Shown here piece after piece: positions 48,801-61,579 of a DNA stretch of 64,000 bases; position 1 is the stretch's first letter; every line of letters begins with the position of its first letter. Made by a program: the position numbers and the translations under genes. Source of the stretch: Mobula hypostoma (taxonomy: Eukaryota); the NCBI RefSeq assembly GCF_963921235.1, contig NC_086107.1, positions 101,062,001-101,126,000 on the forward strand, given 5' to 3'. The notes under the pieces were generated by a model. It had not been told where the DNA came from and made no database searches. It saw only the letters and a list, made by a program, of their open reading frames with translations.

Positions 48801-49329
48801 CGATGCTGCAACCATGCATCACATCTGCAGTGAAGATCACCACAGGTTTCCAGAATGAGAGACAGTATTGCCTGCACCAGTGCAGTGACGTGTTACATTG
48901 CTTGCCAAGCAGATGTGATACCTGCTGTTTCTTACACAACCTCGCTGATCATAGGCTGTGGTGAACGTGCAGGGGCGGAGACGACATGGAGACCCAGAGG
49001 CTGGAGAGTATCAGGAGAAGAGGATGGTGTCTCTGATTAGCAGTCCCGTCTCCCTAATAAGCAAAAAAGGCAGGGAATATAAGGAATTCCTCAAATGCAA
49101 AACTATTTTCACAAGAATCCTGAAAAAAATGTGAAGCATGTAACACTCTCCAAAGTACGATCCTTAACACCCACTCAGGGCACAAAGTACACCGGCTGGG
49201 AGAGACTAGGAATCACTTCAGATCTCTTCATATATTTATCGGGGGCAGCAATCAGTGTTGGTGACACAGCACAAGGTTTAAAAAGAGCTCGAGTGCTTTT
49301 CAGCTTTTTTCTCACTAGGCAGCAGTCAG

Positions 49330-52300
49330 CATGGGGCCAATAAAGTGAAAGGGAGGTGTAAGCAGAGCAGCCAGTGTTGGAGTGGGACAGTGTTAGAATG
49401 TGCCTCAGCAGGATTCAGTAAGAACGGGCTTGAGCAATCGCAGGTGGAGGATCTCAGGAAGTAAGTAAGAAAGTTTCCAGTAAGTTTTTTTTCTGTTAAG
49501 TGCATAGGATGGATCCGGAGGTAGTGGTAGGTTCCTTGAGTTTTATGTGGGGAATTTGGGAGACATCTACGTGAAGTGCATTGAGCTGCAGCTCCTCAGA
49601 GACCACGTTAAGGAAGTGGAGTTGCAGCTCGGTGACCTTCAGCTCATACGTGAGAATGAGGGGGTGATAGATAGGAGCTACAGGGAGGTAGTCACCCCTA
49701 AGTTGCAGACTGTCAGGAGACGGAAAGGTACCCCTGTGGCCGTTCCCTTCCATAATAGGTGTACCACTTTGGGTACTGTTGGTGGGGGGAGGGGGACTTA
49801 CCAGGGGTAAGCTGCAGCAACCAGCTCTCTGGCACTGAGTGTGGTTCTGTGACTCAGAAAGGAAGTGGGGTGAAGAGAACTGCAGTAGTGAGAGGGGATT
49901 CCATAATTAGAGGAGCGGAAAGCAGATTCTGTGGACATGAAAAAGACACCTTAATGGTATGTTGCTTCCCAGGTGCAAGGGTCAGGGATGTGTCGGGTTG
50001 GATCCACAACATTCTAAAGGGGGAGGGTCTCTATTTCCTGAGGAGACTGAGGTCCTTTAACATCTGCCGGACGATGCTGAGGATGTTCTACACGTCTGTG
50101 GTGGCCAGTGCGATCATGTTTGCTGTTGTGTGCTGGGGTAGCAGGCACCAACAGAATCAACAAACTCATTCGTAAGGCCAGTGATGTTGTGGGGATGGAA
50201 CTGGACTCTCTGATGGTGGTGTCTGAAAAGAGGATGCTGTCTAAGTTGCATGTCATCTTGGACAATGTCTCCCATCCACTACATAATGTACTGGTTGGGC
50301 ACAGGAGTACATTCAGCCAGAGACTCATTCCACCGAGATGCAACACAGAGCGTCATAGGAAGTCATTCCTGCCTGTGGCCATCAAACTTTACAACTCCTC
50401 CCTTGGAGGGTCAGACACCCTGAGCCAATAGGCTGGTCCTGGACTTATTTCCTGGCATAATTTACATATTACTATTTAATTATTTATGGTTTTATTACTA
50501 TTTAATTATTTATGGTGCAACTGTAACGAAAACCAATTTCCCCCAGGATCAATAAAGTACGACTATGATTACTATACTATGAACAGGCAGAGATTGTGGT
50601 ACATATTTGTACCAACAACATGGGTGGGAAGAGGGAGAATATAGAGACAGAAAGCTGAAAAGCAGGACTTCCAAGGTAATCATCTCTAGATTGCAGCCTG
50701 TTGCCACGGGCCAGTGAGGGTAAGAAAAGGACGATTTGGCAGATGAATGTGTGGCTGAAGAATTGGTGCAGGGGACGGGGTTTCAGATTTCTGGATCATT
50801 GGGATCTCTTCTGGGGGAGGTCTGACCTGCACAAAAGGGACGGGTTGCACCCGAATCTAAGGGGGACCAAGATCCTTGTGGGCAGGTTTGCTTGAGCTGT
50901 TGTGGAGGGCTTAAACTAATCTGGCAGTGGGATGGGAACAGGACTGACAGGGCTGAGGATGGGACAGCATAAAAGCAAAAGGCAGGACGTATAATATCGC
51001 AAAATTAGTTGGAAGTTAGAGAATTGGGAAGCTTTTAAAAACCAATTGAAGGCAACTAAAAAGATATAAAGAGAGAAAAGATGAAATAAGAATGTAAGCT
51101 AGCTATAGTATAAAACAGAATTTTTTTCACATATGTAAGGAATAAAAGAGAGATGAGAATGGATATCAGACTGCTGGAAAATTATGCTGGAGAGGTAGCA
51201 ATGGGGGACAAAGAAATGGTGGAGGAATTTACTAAGTATTTTGTGTCATTATAGTCTGTGGAAGACTCTAGCAATATGCCAGAAATGCGGGAGTGTCGGG
51301 GGCAGAAGCAAGTGTCACTGCTATTATTAAGGAGAAGGTGCTCATGAAACTGAATAATGTGAAGGTAGATAAGTCATCTAGATCAGATGGACTACACCCC
51401 AGGCTTCTGAAAGAGGTAGCTGAAGAGATTGTGGAGGTATTAATAATGACCTTTCAAGAATCACTTGTCCTGGAATGGTTCCTGAGGGCTGGAAAATTGC
51501 AAATGTCACTCCACTCTTTAAGAAGGGAGGAAGGCAGAAGAAAGGAAATTATGGGCCAGCTAGCCGGTCTTCAGTGGTTGGAAAGATGTTGGAGTCTATT
51601 ATTAAGGATAAGGTTCGGGGTAGCTGGAGGCACATGATAAAATAGGCCAAAGTTAGCATGGTTGTCTGAAGGGGAAATCTTGCGTGACAAAACTGGTGGA
51701 ATTCTTTGAGGAACACACAGGCAGGAGAGACGAAAGAGTGTTAGTGGATGTTGTTTACTTGGATTTTCAGAAGGCCTTTGACAAGGTGCCACACATGAGG
51801 CTGCTTAACAAGAGCCCATGGTATTATAGGAAAGATACGAGCATGGATAGAAGATTGGCTAACTGGCAGGAGGCAAAGAGTGGGAATAAAGTGAGCCGTG
51901 TCTGGTTAGCTACCGGTGACTAGTGGTGTGCTGCAGGGGTTGGTGTTGGAACCACTTTTTTTACATTGTATTGTCAATGATTTGATGGCTTTGTGGCCAG
52001 GTTTGCAGACGATACGAAGATAGGTGGAAGGGCAGGCAGTGTTGAGGAAGCAGAGAGGCTACAGGAGGTCTTAGGCAGATTGGAGGAATGGGCAAAGAAG
52101 CGGCAGGTGGAATCTAATGTAGGAAAATGCATGGCCATGCTCTTTTGTAGAAGGAATAAAGGCATGAACTATTTTATAATTGGGGAGAAAATTTTAAAAA
52201 ATCAGAGACTTGAGAATTCTCATGCAGGATTCCCTAAGGGTTAACTTGCAGATTTTAGCCAGTGGTAAGGAAGGCAAATGCAATGTTAGCATTCATTCTG

Positions 52301-52915
52301 AGAGGACTAGAATAAAAAGCAGGAGTGTGATGCTGAGGCTTTGTAAGGCATTTGTCAGTCAGCACTTGGAGTATTGTGAGCAGTTTGGGTCCCTTATCTA
52401 AGAATGGATGTGCTGGCATTCAGGAGAGTCCAGATGGTGTTCTCACGAATGATCCAGGAATGAAAGGGTTAACATATGAGGAGCATTTGATGGCTCTGTG
52501 CCTGTACTCACTGGAGTTTAGAAGGATGAGGGAGGATCTCATTGAAAATCAATTGAATATTGAAAGGTGTGGATTGAGTGGATGTGGAGAGGATGTTTTC
52601 TATAGCTGAGGAGTTTAGGACCAGAATGCACAGCCTCAGAATTGAGGGACGTTCATTTAGAACAGAAATTAGGAAAAATTTCTTTAGCCAAAGGGTGGGG
52701 AATCTATGGAATTTTTTGCTAGAGACAGCTGTTCAGGCCAAGTCATTGTGTATATTTAAGGCGGAGGTTGATAGGTTGTTGATTAATCAGTGTCATAGGT
52801 TACAGGGAGAAGGCAGGAGAATGAGTTTGAGAGGGATAATAAATCAGCTACAATGGAATGGTGGAGCAGACTCGATCGGCTGAATGGCCTAATTCTGCTC
52901 CTGGGTCTTGTGGTC
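49330..52915 (+). mobile_element. Decayed near-full-length CR1: ORF1 (zf/LZ plus esterase), internal deletion, RT and 3' end
   Basis: ORF1 remnants YVKCIELQLLRDHVKEVELQL, AVVRGDSIIRG...MVCCFPGARVRDV and WDLFWGRSDLHKRDGLHPN. ORF2 remnants [42 protein letters not shown] and FFSQRVGNLWN. Confidence 0.92.
50029..50580 (+). mobile_element. Young Rex1/Babar 3' fragment inserted into CR1 ORF1
   Basis: Peptides LYFLRRLRSFNICRTMLRMFY...RINKLIRKASDVVG...HPLH...TERHRKSFLPVAIKLYN and an ACTAT-type tail. The host reads KGEG before the insert and EQAEIVVH after it. Confidence 0.92.
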
Positions 52916-53799
52916 TTTTATTGCTGAGCTCATCCACACTTGCTGAATACCACACAGAAAGGAATAATTACCTGAGTCTATACCCTGAATAGCCTTAAAC
53001 TCAAACTATATTTCCCAAAGACTGGTCCCTTGCCTGAGCAGCTATGACCTCTGCATAAAACAAACTTTCTTTAAGAGGGCTCCCAGTCATAACCGGGACC
53101 ATTTCACAAACAGGGAGAGCATTCCACTCCCTGGATGTTCAGGTTGTTGTGGATTATGCGGAGTTTCCTGATCCTGACTGCTGAGTTTCCGGGAAGCTCA
53201 CGTGACTCGCTCTGAGGGAGTCGGATAAGTGCAGGTCCTGAACCCTTTGCGCACAGCTGCTCGGCACAGTGGCTGTCAGCAACGCAGCCACAGCAGCTGA
53301 GATTAATGCACTTTGCAATATATTGACTGGTTTGGCATTCATTAGGGTGGGGTGGGGTGGGAGGGGGGTTGCGACGAAGAGCTAAAGTTTCAAGCTAAAT
53401 AACATCCAAAGAGAATTCCCCCAGGAGATTCCAGCTGAGGCTCATTGTAACCCATCGCAGAAAAGGTCGTTGACAGATTTCACAATGGAACAGTACCATC
53501 AGTAGAAGCACTGATGGCAGGAGTTGGATCCAAGCAGTATAACATCAGGCCTTGCTGCATGTTCTTGCTTCTCACCAAATCACTTTCCCCTACACAAAGG
53601 AGGCTCCTTGAGAAGGGCAACATGGGGCAAATGTTTCATCTTACCACAGTAACTTCCCATATTTCAAAGTCTCTTGCAATGGCCCCTGCGAAACGCCTGT
53701 GACAAGTATTTGTAGGAGCAGAACCAGCAGGAGAATGGGAATTGCAAGATGGCGATTGCCCTTGGATTGCTAGCATTCATAGTCAGTGCCGCAGTAACT

Positions 53800-54830
53800 C
53801 TCTGGAATTCAGAAGAATGAGAGGGGATCTGATAGAAACATACAAAATTTTGAAAGGGGTAGATAAGATAGAAGCAGGGAAGTTGTTTCCATTGGTAGAT
53901 GAGACTAGAACTAGGGGATATTGCCTCAAGATTCAGGGGAGAACATTTAGGATGGAGATGAGGAGAAACTGTTTTTCCCAGAGAGTGGTGAATCTGTGGA
54001 ATTCTCTGCCCAGGGAAACAGTTGAAGCTTCTTCACTAAATATATTTAAGAAACAGTTAGATAGGTTTTTACATAAAAATGGAGGAAATGGCAGCGCGAC
54101 ACAGCGCGTGCAGCTCTCCGGTGAAATGATATCGTATTTGTACGTAGGATGCCGTGCACAGTTCTGATTTGATGGAGACAGATGTGAGAAGGCACAGAGG
54201 AACATCTGGAGAAACTCCTGAAATGCCCGGTTCGCTGCCGCTGCTACTGTGCGATCGAGAATCTCCAGAGGGAAGGCCCCAAAATCCTCGGCTTTGCCTG
54301 CTGCTGGCGACCGAGGCTGGGGTCAAAGCGTTCGGCAGAGATGGTGCTTGGTACTTGGTGTCTGGTCAGAGCTCGAAGTTTTTGGATGACTCAGAGTCGG
54401 ACTGTGGTCGGGCATGGCCGGGAGGGTTTTCTTTCTTCTCCCATCTGCGTGAGATGTGGGACTTTCGAGAGACTTTGAACTTTTTTACTGTGCTCATGGC
54501 CTGTTCTTCATCAAGTTATAGTATTGTTGCACTGTTGTAACTATAATTATGTGGTTTTTGTTAGTTTTTCAGTCTTGGTCTGTCCTGTGTTTCTGTGATA
54601 TCACACCAGAGGAATATTGTATCATTTCTTAATGCATGCATTACTAAATGACAGTAAAAGAGGACTGCGTGTCCTCATAATCTAATACATAGTAAGGGAA
54701 TTAAGGGTTATGGGGAAAAGGCAGGTAGAAGAAGCTGAGTTTATGGACAGATCAGCCATGATCTTATTGAATGGCAGGGCAGGCTCGCTGGGCCGGATGG
54801 CCTACTCCTGCTCCTATTTCTTATGTTCTA
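53800..54830 (+). mobile_element. CR1 3' fragment interrupted by a 610-bp element
   Basis: Peptide SLEFRRMRGDLIETYKILKG...WNSLP...LDRFLH. The element resumes at 54686 and matches the uninterrupted copy at about 14580-14745. Confidence 0.9.
54076..54685 (+). mobile_element. Non-autonomous non-LTR element with 6-bp TSD TACATA
   Basis: TACATA occurs at 54070-54075 and 54686-54691. The 5' half is CpG-rich and the 3' half is AT-rich and LINE-like, ending ATAATCTAA. Confidence 0.75.
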
Positions 54831-57800
54831 ACACTGCCGTTTGACCTTTTCACAATCACAATAATGAGGCTGGCAATTTTAAGGGAGAGCGTCAATGATG
54901 TAAAGCCACAACCAAGGTTTTGCTCACACATGTCCACCAAACATGCACACTTGCAAGTTTTCTACATAAAGATGTTAAGATATGTAGCAATACCAGCTGC
55001 TGCAACACACCAGTGTGACTTATCTGTGCAGAAGGGAAGTATATTATCTGAACTCAGTGAGGACACATTTAAATATTGATTCTGCTCTTCAATAGCAAAG
55101 CGAAATGAATTAATACATAAATGGAATATCGTGACATTTGTCCATAATGTTAGGCATCCATGTTGCTTTACCACTTGGCAACCTAGTTGGTGGGTTTTGA
55201 TATCCTAACACTGTACTACAGAGTCCCTACTGGGCTGCATTCTAACTGATGGGGACTGCTCTTTTTCAGCCTTGATGGTCTGGTTTAGATTCCACTCCAA
55301 GGGTGGTGGTAGACGCAAGTACACTAGGGACATTTAAGAGACTTGTAGGCACGTGGATGAAAGAAAAATGTGAGAGGGAAAGGTTAGATTGATCTTGGAA
55401 TAGGTTAAAGGGTTTGGCACAACATCATGGGCTAAAGGGCCTGTACTGTACTGCTTTCTATGTTCCACGAGACCAATTGAGGGGACTCTTGGGCATGGGT
55501 GCATGTTCTGCTGAGAGAATGTGGTGGAACTAATGGACCCTCGTAAGGCCTGAAGTTTCACACCAGGTGACCTGTCAGGGGGCTGGGTTGTCTGTGGTGT
55601 GCTGGTGGCCATCCCATGCCACACCACTGTATCCACCTTCTGAATGTGACTCACCTATCACTCCACCTAGCATTGCTGTCTGCACAGTCTGAGCAGGACC
55701 ACATTGAGTAGGGTACGGGGAGCCTGTCTCGGCTGCTTCAGAAGCGAGATTGTCATAGTGCGATACCACACAGAATCAGGCCTTTTTGTCTTGCCAACCA
55801 TCAACAATACACACCCATCGTACATTCACAAACAAGAGAAAATCTGCAGGTGCTGGAAATCAGAGCGACACACACAAAAACTGGAAGAACTCAGCAGGCC
55901 AGGCAGCATCTATGGGGAAAAAAGCGCAGCCGATGTTTTGGGCTGAAACCCTTTGGCAGGACCCCCCTCCATCTTAGGTTCATCTCATTTTTGAAATTCA
56001 CTGCGTTTTCATCACCTGCCCCCAGATTTTACCACGTGCCCATAACTTGCTGTGCCTGATTAACCTACCAGGCAACACATTGGGATGTGGGATGAAAGTG
56101 GAGCACCTGGAAGAACCCATGGTCATGGAAGGCGTGCAAGTTCCAGAGATAGCTCCCCCCTGCCCGGGTCAGGATTGAAGCTGGGTCTCCAGCACTGCGA
56201 GGCAGCAGCTCGAAAGCAGCCCTCCGTGTTGTGTGCAGATTCCCAACTCCTGCAGGAGAACCGTCTGCTCGCAGTTGGTAGGGAGCCCAATTTACGATGT
56301 GCAGCACCCGTCCCCCTGACGCCATACAGGCTAGATGGAGTGTTCTCAACCGGGGTCTGTGGACCCCTCGGTTAATGGTAGCGGTCCATGGCAGAAACAA
56401 GGTGGGAACCCCTGGGCTCTTGTTGGCCATCGCACGAAGGGGCATCAGTCAGAGCTGAGCCAAATTCTGTCCTCTTCCGACATCGCCCACTTGGACACAG
56501 TAACCCAATCCTCTCCTGCAATCAGAGCGGTACAGGCTAGAGGAGCTGTTGCCTCATGGTTCCAGAGACCCAGGTTCGATTCTGGCCTTCGGTGCTGTCT
56601 GTGTGGCTTCCTCCCACATGCCCCGGTTTCCTCGTGCGTCCCAAAGGAACGCGGTTAACTTGTTTGTTACCTGCTGTGAATTACCCCCAGTGTGTTGAAT
56701 GAGCAGTGGAATCAAGGGAGTGGATAGGAACGTGAGGAGAATAAAATGGGTTAGGGTTGAAATAAATCGGTGTTTCATGGCTAGTACAGACTTGATAGGC
56801 CAAAGGGCCTATTTCCAATCTGAATTTCTCCTTGACTGTATCATGTAGTAGAGGTGAGGGATGCTCCTCTCTGGCCAAGATCACTTGTCGGCACTGCTTA
56901 GATCTTGGATCCATTTGAGGCGGGGGGGGGTTTAAATTGTTTGGACTTACTGGAGGGATTACAGGTCATAGCTTAAATCCAGAGTATGGATCTGGCTTCT
57001 TCACACCTGTAACTGGCTCACTGTCTGAATCACTGGGTGCTGGAGGAGGCCAGCAGGGCAGGATGGGAATAAACAGTTGACGTTTCGGGGTCTCGGCTCT
57101 AAGCTGGTTGCTGGGTCTGCTCTACGTTTCCAGCATCTGCAGTACCTCTTGTGTCACTGACAGAATCGTCACTCTTTCAAATAAAGATTGTTTGCAGTGG
57201 CCCGAACAGTACAGGACCATGCTCAGTCCCTGTGGAACACACTTATCTGCTCCTAGACACCTGGATTGAAAGCACTAAACACTCTTCTGCTATTGTTTCA
57301 GTGCTTCCTTTTCTCTGGTGTCAGGAGGGCGAGAAACAAGGGCCCCTCCTGCTGTTTGTTCAGAGGCTCGATGGTCCGCTAAGGTCGGACGTTCCTGCAC
57401 CATTGTTTCTCCTTTTCCGGCTCCCGCAAACTCCACCTCTTTGACTTGCATTGCGGCACGTATCTGATCAGGAAGAAGGTCTCACGTTAGCATAGAGACT
57501 TGCATTCCCTTGGGACACCCGAAATACCGGCAACATGGCACAGCAGGTATTGATGCTGCCTCGTAGCTTCAGTGATCTGTTTCACTTATGACTTACAAGT
57601 CTCTGAGCTGTTCAGTCTGTTTCTCACTCCACAGATACTGCCTGACCTGCGGAGTATTTCTGTTTATATTTCAGAATTCCAGCGCCTGCAGTTTTTTTGG
57701 ATTGAACTTACTGTGGCAAATAGGGCCTCAGTTCATTGTCTGAGACACTGCTGGAGGATGAGTTTTATTTTTTTAGTTAGAGATACAGCCTGGTAACAAG

Positions 57801-58148
57801 CCCGTCTGTCCCAGCGAGCCCACACTGCCCTATACACCCATGCGACCAATCCCAGTACGCCTTTGGAACGAGCAGCCGGCAGAAACCCGCGCAGTTACAG
57901 AGAGAGTGGTTAAACCCTCATTGTCGTACAGACAGCAACGGGAATTAATCGCTGGTCGCAGGGTCTGCAATATTGTTACGCTAATCACATACGACGGTGC
58001 TGCCCCCCATGATTTCTGGTGTCCTGACCAATATTATCAGAAACGGATTTAATATCATCGGCATATGTTGAGAAATTGTTTGTGGCAGCAGTACGATGCA
58101 ATACATAATAACAGAGTGAAAAATGTGAATTACAGCCTATATATTAAA

Positions 58149-58463
58149 TAAAGTAAAGGCATCCGTTAGTCTTGCAAGACCATGGATCTGCGCCTGGAAA
58201 GTCTTCACTCTCCAGGGCGCAGGCCTGGGCAAGGTTGTATGGAAGACCAGCAGTTGCCCATGCTGCAAGTCTCCCCTCTCCACGACACTAATGTTGTCCA
58301 AGGGAAGGGCATTAGGACCCATACAGTTTGGCACCAGTGTCATCGCAGAGCAATGTGTGGTTAAGTGCCTTGCTCAAGGACACAACACGTTCCCTGGGCT
58401 GGAGCTCGAACTCACGACCTTCAGATCACTAGTCGAATGCCTTAACCACTTGGCCACTTGCCG
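58149..58463 (-). mobile_element. tRNA/CORE-like/RTE-tail SINE with a 10-bp TSD
   Basis: A box TGGCCAAGTGG, B-box-like GTTCGAGCTC and CORE-like GTGTCCTTGAGCAAGGCACTTAACC. ATATATTAAA occurs at 58139-58148 and 58464-58473. Confidence 0.85.
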
Positions 58464-59289
58464 ATATATTAAACAGTTAAATTAAATAAGTAGTGCAAAA
58501 ACAAAATAGAAACAAAAAAAGTGGGTAGTGTTCAGGTGTTCAGTGTTCATTTAGATGGCAGAGGGGAAGAAGTTGTTCCTGAATCGTTGAGTGTGTGCCT
58601 TCAGACTTGTGTACCTCCTTCCTGATGGTAACAATGAGAAGAGGGCGTGTCCTGGGTGATGGAGGGTCCTTAATGATGGATGCCACCTTTTTGAGGCATC
58701 TAAAGACATTATTTTAGTAAGTGTTGGTGGGAGTTTGGAATGTGCAGATTGGGTCCCCTTTCCTTGGAATGGGACAGCGAGCACCCTTCAAACACCTTCA
58801 GTAGTTCAAACTTCGTATTTCATGCAGCACAGCGGGAGATGTGAAATACTTCCCCTCAGGGTGGGACCTGTTGGCTTGGGTTGTGACCCGTAGCTCTCCC
58901 TGATCCTTGGCTGAACGTGGCATCTTCTGCAGCAGCACTGGAACTGGGGACAGCCAGGACCATCTCCAGCAGAGCACCGGTCCAGTTACAAAGTTAGCCT
59001 GTTGCTATTTCGACCCCCCCCACCCCATTGTACAGAGAACACCGAAAACTGGCTGTGGAATTGTGGCAGGCACTGTAGCAGCAAGGCCACAAGACCAGTG
59101 TGGACAGCCTTCTCTGCACTCGCTGTAAACACCAAACAACACCCTGTGGTTCCCCTTGCTTCATTTGCCTGAGCTGTAAAGAGAATATTTGTATTTCCTC
59201 TCTGCGGCTTCTACAACAGGCGGCTGGGGGAAGGGCCTTATGTCTGGGGAGTGAGGGAGGCTGTTGTGTAGAGCAGTGGCAAAGGATAA

Positions 59290-59460
59290 GCGAGGGGGGA
59301 ACAGGGAGAGGGTGAGGGAAGTAGGAGTGTGACAGAGAGAGGGGAGAGGGTGAATGAAGTAGGAGAGGGGGAGGGGAGAGGGAGGATGAGGCTGGGGTGG
59401 GAGAGTGAAGAAGGCAAGGGGGTGAGGGCAAGGTGAGAGGGGGACGATAAGGGAGAGGTG
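59290..59460. repeat. GA-rich purine tract
   Basis: Directly visible in the sequence. Confidence 0.85.
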
Positions 59461-59659
59461 TAACCAGCTGCGAGGAGGGTACTGTGAGGATGTGCAGGTT
59501 GGAGGTTGGAGGTTTGAGGGAAGAGAGAGTCACACAGTAGGTGGGCAGGAAGAGGCTGTTCTGGGCAAAAGGATTGTCAGCTGGAGGGGTTTCACTGAGA
59601 GCAGGGAGGGGGAGCAAACACAGAAAAAGCAGATGTTGCTCGAGGATGGGGAGCGTGCC

Positions 59660-61290
59660 TGTGCCTCCTTCCGTTCCCCACCCCGTCTTCCACTTCCTCT
59701 CTCTATCTCTCTCTGGCCTACCTCCCTCTCCACTGTCCCATTCTCCCCACTTCCATCTCCCTCACTTTCTCTCCTCCACTTTTCCCTCTCTCCCCTCATT
59801 TCCCCTCTCACTCTCTCTTTTCTACCCTTCCCCTCCCATCTCTCTTCCTATCCTCCTTCTCTCTCCCCACTTTCCTATGTCTCCCCCTCAACCCCTCCCC
59901 CACCCCTCCCACTCCACCTCTCTCCCTCCCCCTCACCCCCTCTCCCTCCCCACCTTTCCGATTCCCCCTCCCTCTCCCCTCCACCTATCTCCCTCCCCAC
60001 TCTCCCCTCCCCTTCCCACCTCGCTCCCTCCCCCACTCTCCCCTCCCCTTCCCACCTCTCCCCTCTCCTTCCCACCTCTCCCCCTCCCCATCACCCCTCT
60101 CCCCTCACCCTCTCTCCCCTCCCCACCTCTCCTATTCCCCCTCCCTCTCCCCTTTCCTATTCCCCCTCCCTCTCCCCTCTCCCATTCCCCCTCCTCCTCC
60201 CCTCTCCCTCCCTCCCCCTCACCCTCCTCTCTCTCCTCTCTCCCCCATTTCTCCCCCTCCACTGTCTCTCCCCCACCCTCCTCCCGCTCTCTCTCCCCCT
60301 CTCCCCTCCTCCCACTCTCTCTCCTCCCTCTCCCCTCCTCCCCTCTCTCTCTCCCCCTTCCCCCCTCTCTCCCCTACCCTCCTCCCCCCTCTCTTTCCCC
60401 CACCCTTCTCCTGCTCTCTCTTCCCCCTCCTCTCCCCTCTCTCTCCTCCTCCCTCTCTTTTCCCTCCTCCCCTCTCCCAGCCTCCTCCCCTTCTCCCTCT
60501 CCCTCCCCCTCACCCCCTCCCTCCCCTGTCCTCCCCCACCCATCTCCTCCCTCTCCCCTTCTCCCCTCTCTCCCTCTCCCTCCCCCATCCTCCCCTCTCC
60601 CACTCCTCTCCCTCCCCTGTTCTCCCCCTCCCCTTTCCTCCCCTCTCTTCCCTCCCCTTTCCTCCCCCTCTCTCTCCCTCTTTCTTCCCCCTCCCCTCCC
60701 CTTTCCTCCCCCTCACCCCTCTCTCCTCCTGTCCTCCCTCTCTCTCTCCCCGTCCTCCCCCTCTCTCCCCTCCCCCTCCCAATCTTTACCCCTCTCTTCA
60801 CCCTTCCTCTCTCCCCCTCACCCCCTCTCACTCCCCTGTCCTCCACCTCCCCCGATCTTTCCCCTCTCTTCTCCCCTCCCCTCATCTCTCCCCTTCCTCT
60901 CTCTCTCCTCCCTGTCTCTCCCCTCCTCTCTCTCCCCTCTCTCTCTCTCCTCTCCCCCTCTCCCATTTCTCCCCCTCCTCCCATTTCTCCCCCTCCCGTT
61001 TCTCCCCTCCTCTCTCCCTCATCTCTCCCCATCTCTCTCTCCCCCCTCCCCCATTTCTCCCCTCCTCTCTCTCGTCCCTCCTCTCTCTCCCCCCTCTCTC
61101 CACCCGTCTCCCCCTTTCTCTCCTCTCCCCCTCTCTCACCCGTGTCTCCCCATTCTTCCCGCTCACCCTACTCTCCTCTCTCCCCTTCTCTCCCTCATTT
61201 TCCCACACACTCTCTTCCCTATTCCCTCCCTCACCTCTCCCACTTCTCTGTGCCTACCTCTTTCCGTCTCTTCCCCCCTCTCTCTCAATG
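59660..61290. repeat. Polypyrimidine low-complexity tract of about 1.6 kb (CTCCC/CTCT)
   Basis: Almost free of G on the + strand. Confidence 0.97.
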
Positions 61291-61561
61291 CATTTTCTTT
61301 TGCCAAACACTTACAATACTACAGCAGCAGATCCTGGAGCTGAAATCTACCCTTGCCAGAGATAAGTGTGAACTCTGAACTCTCCCACTGTAAAGGGGTG
61401 TGGCTGCCTGCACACTGAGGCTGATGTCTTGCTGTTTTTGCAATCTGGTATGAGGAGCATTGGCTGTGAACTGAAGGAAGCTGTTCCTGGGGCTGGTAGC
61501 AGGGCCTAGTCAGGAGGAAATATGTAATCGTGTGCTGGTGGCAGGAATCTGCACTCAGTAC

Positions 61562-61579
61562 ATGCCTGGCTCCACCATG
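61562..61579 (+). CDS. Candidate first coding exon end (MPGSTM, or M only) of an unidentified gene
   Basis: tccaccATG|GTGAGT: the strong Kozak context CCACCATGG overlaps a consensus donor, and there is an in-frame upstream ATG at 61562. The sequence is non-repeat. Confidence 0.5.

Noticed and set aside
59492..61378. 628-aa and 600-aa Pro/Ser/Leu-rich ORFs and Gly/Glu/Arg-rich antisense ORFs
   Set aside because: These are artefacts of a CT-only tract that lacks stop codons. Several frames are open and there is no domain signal.
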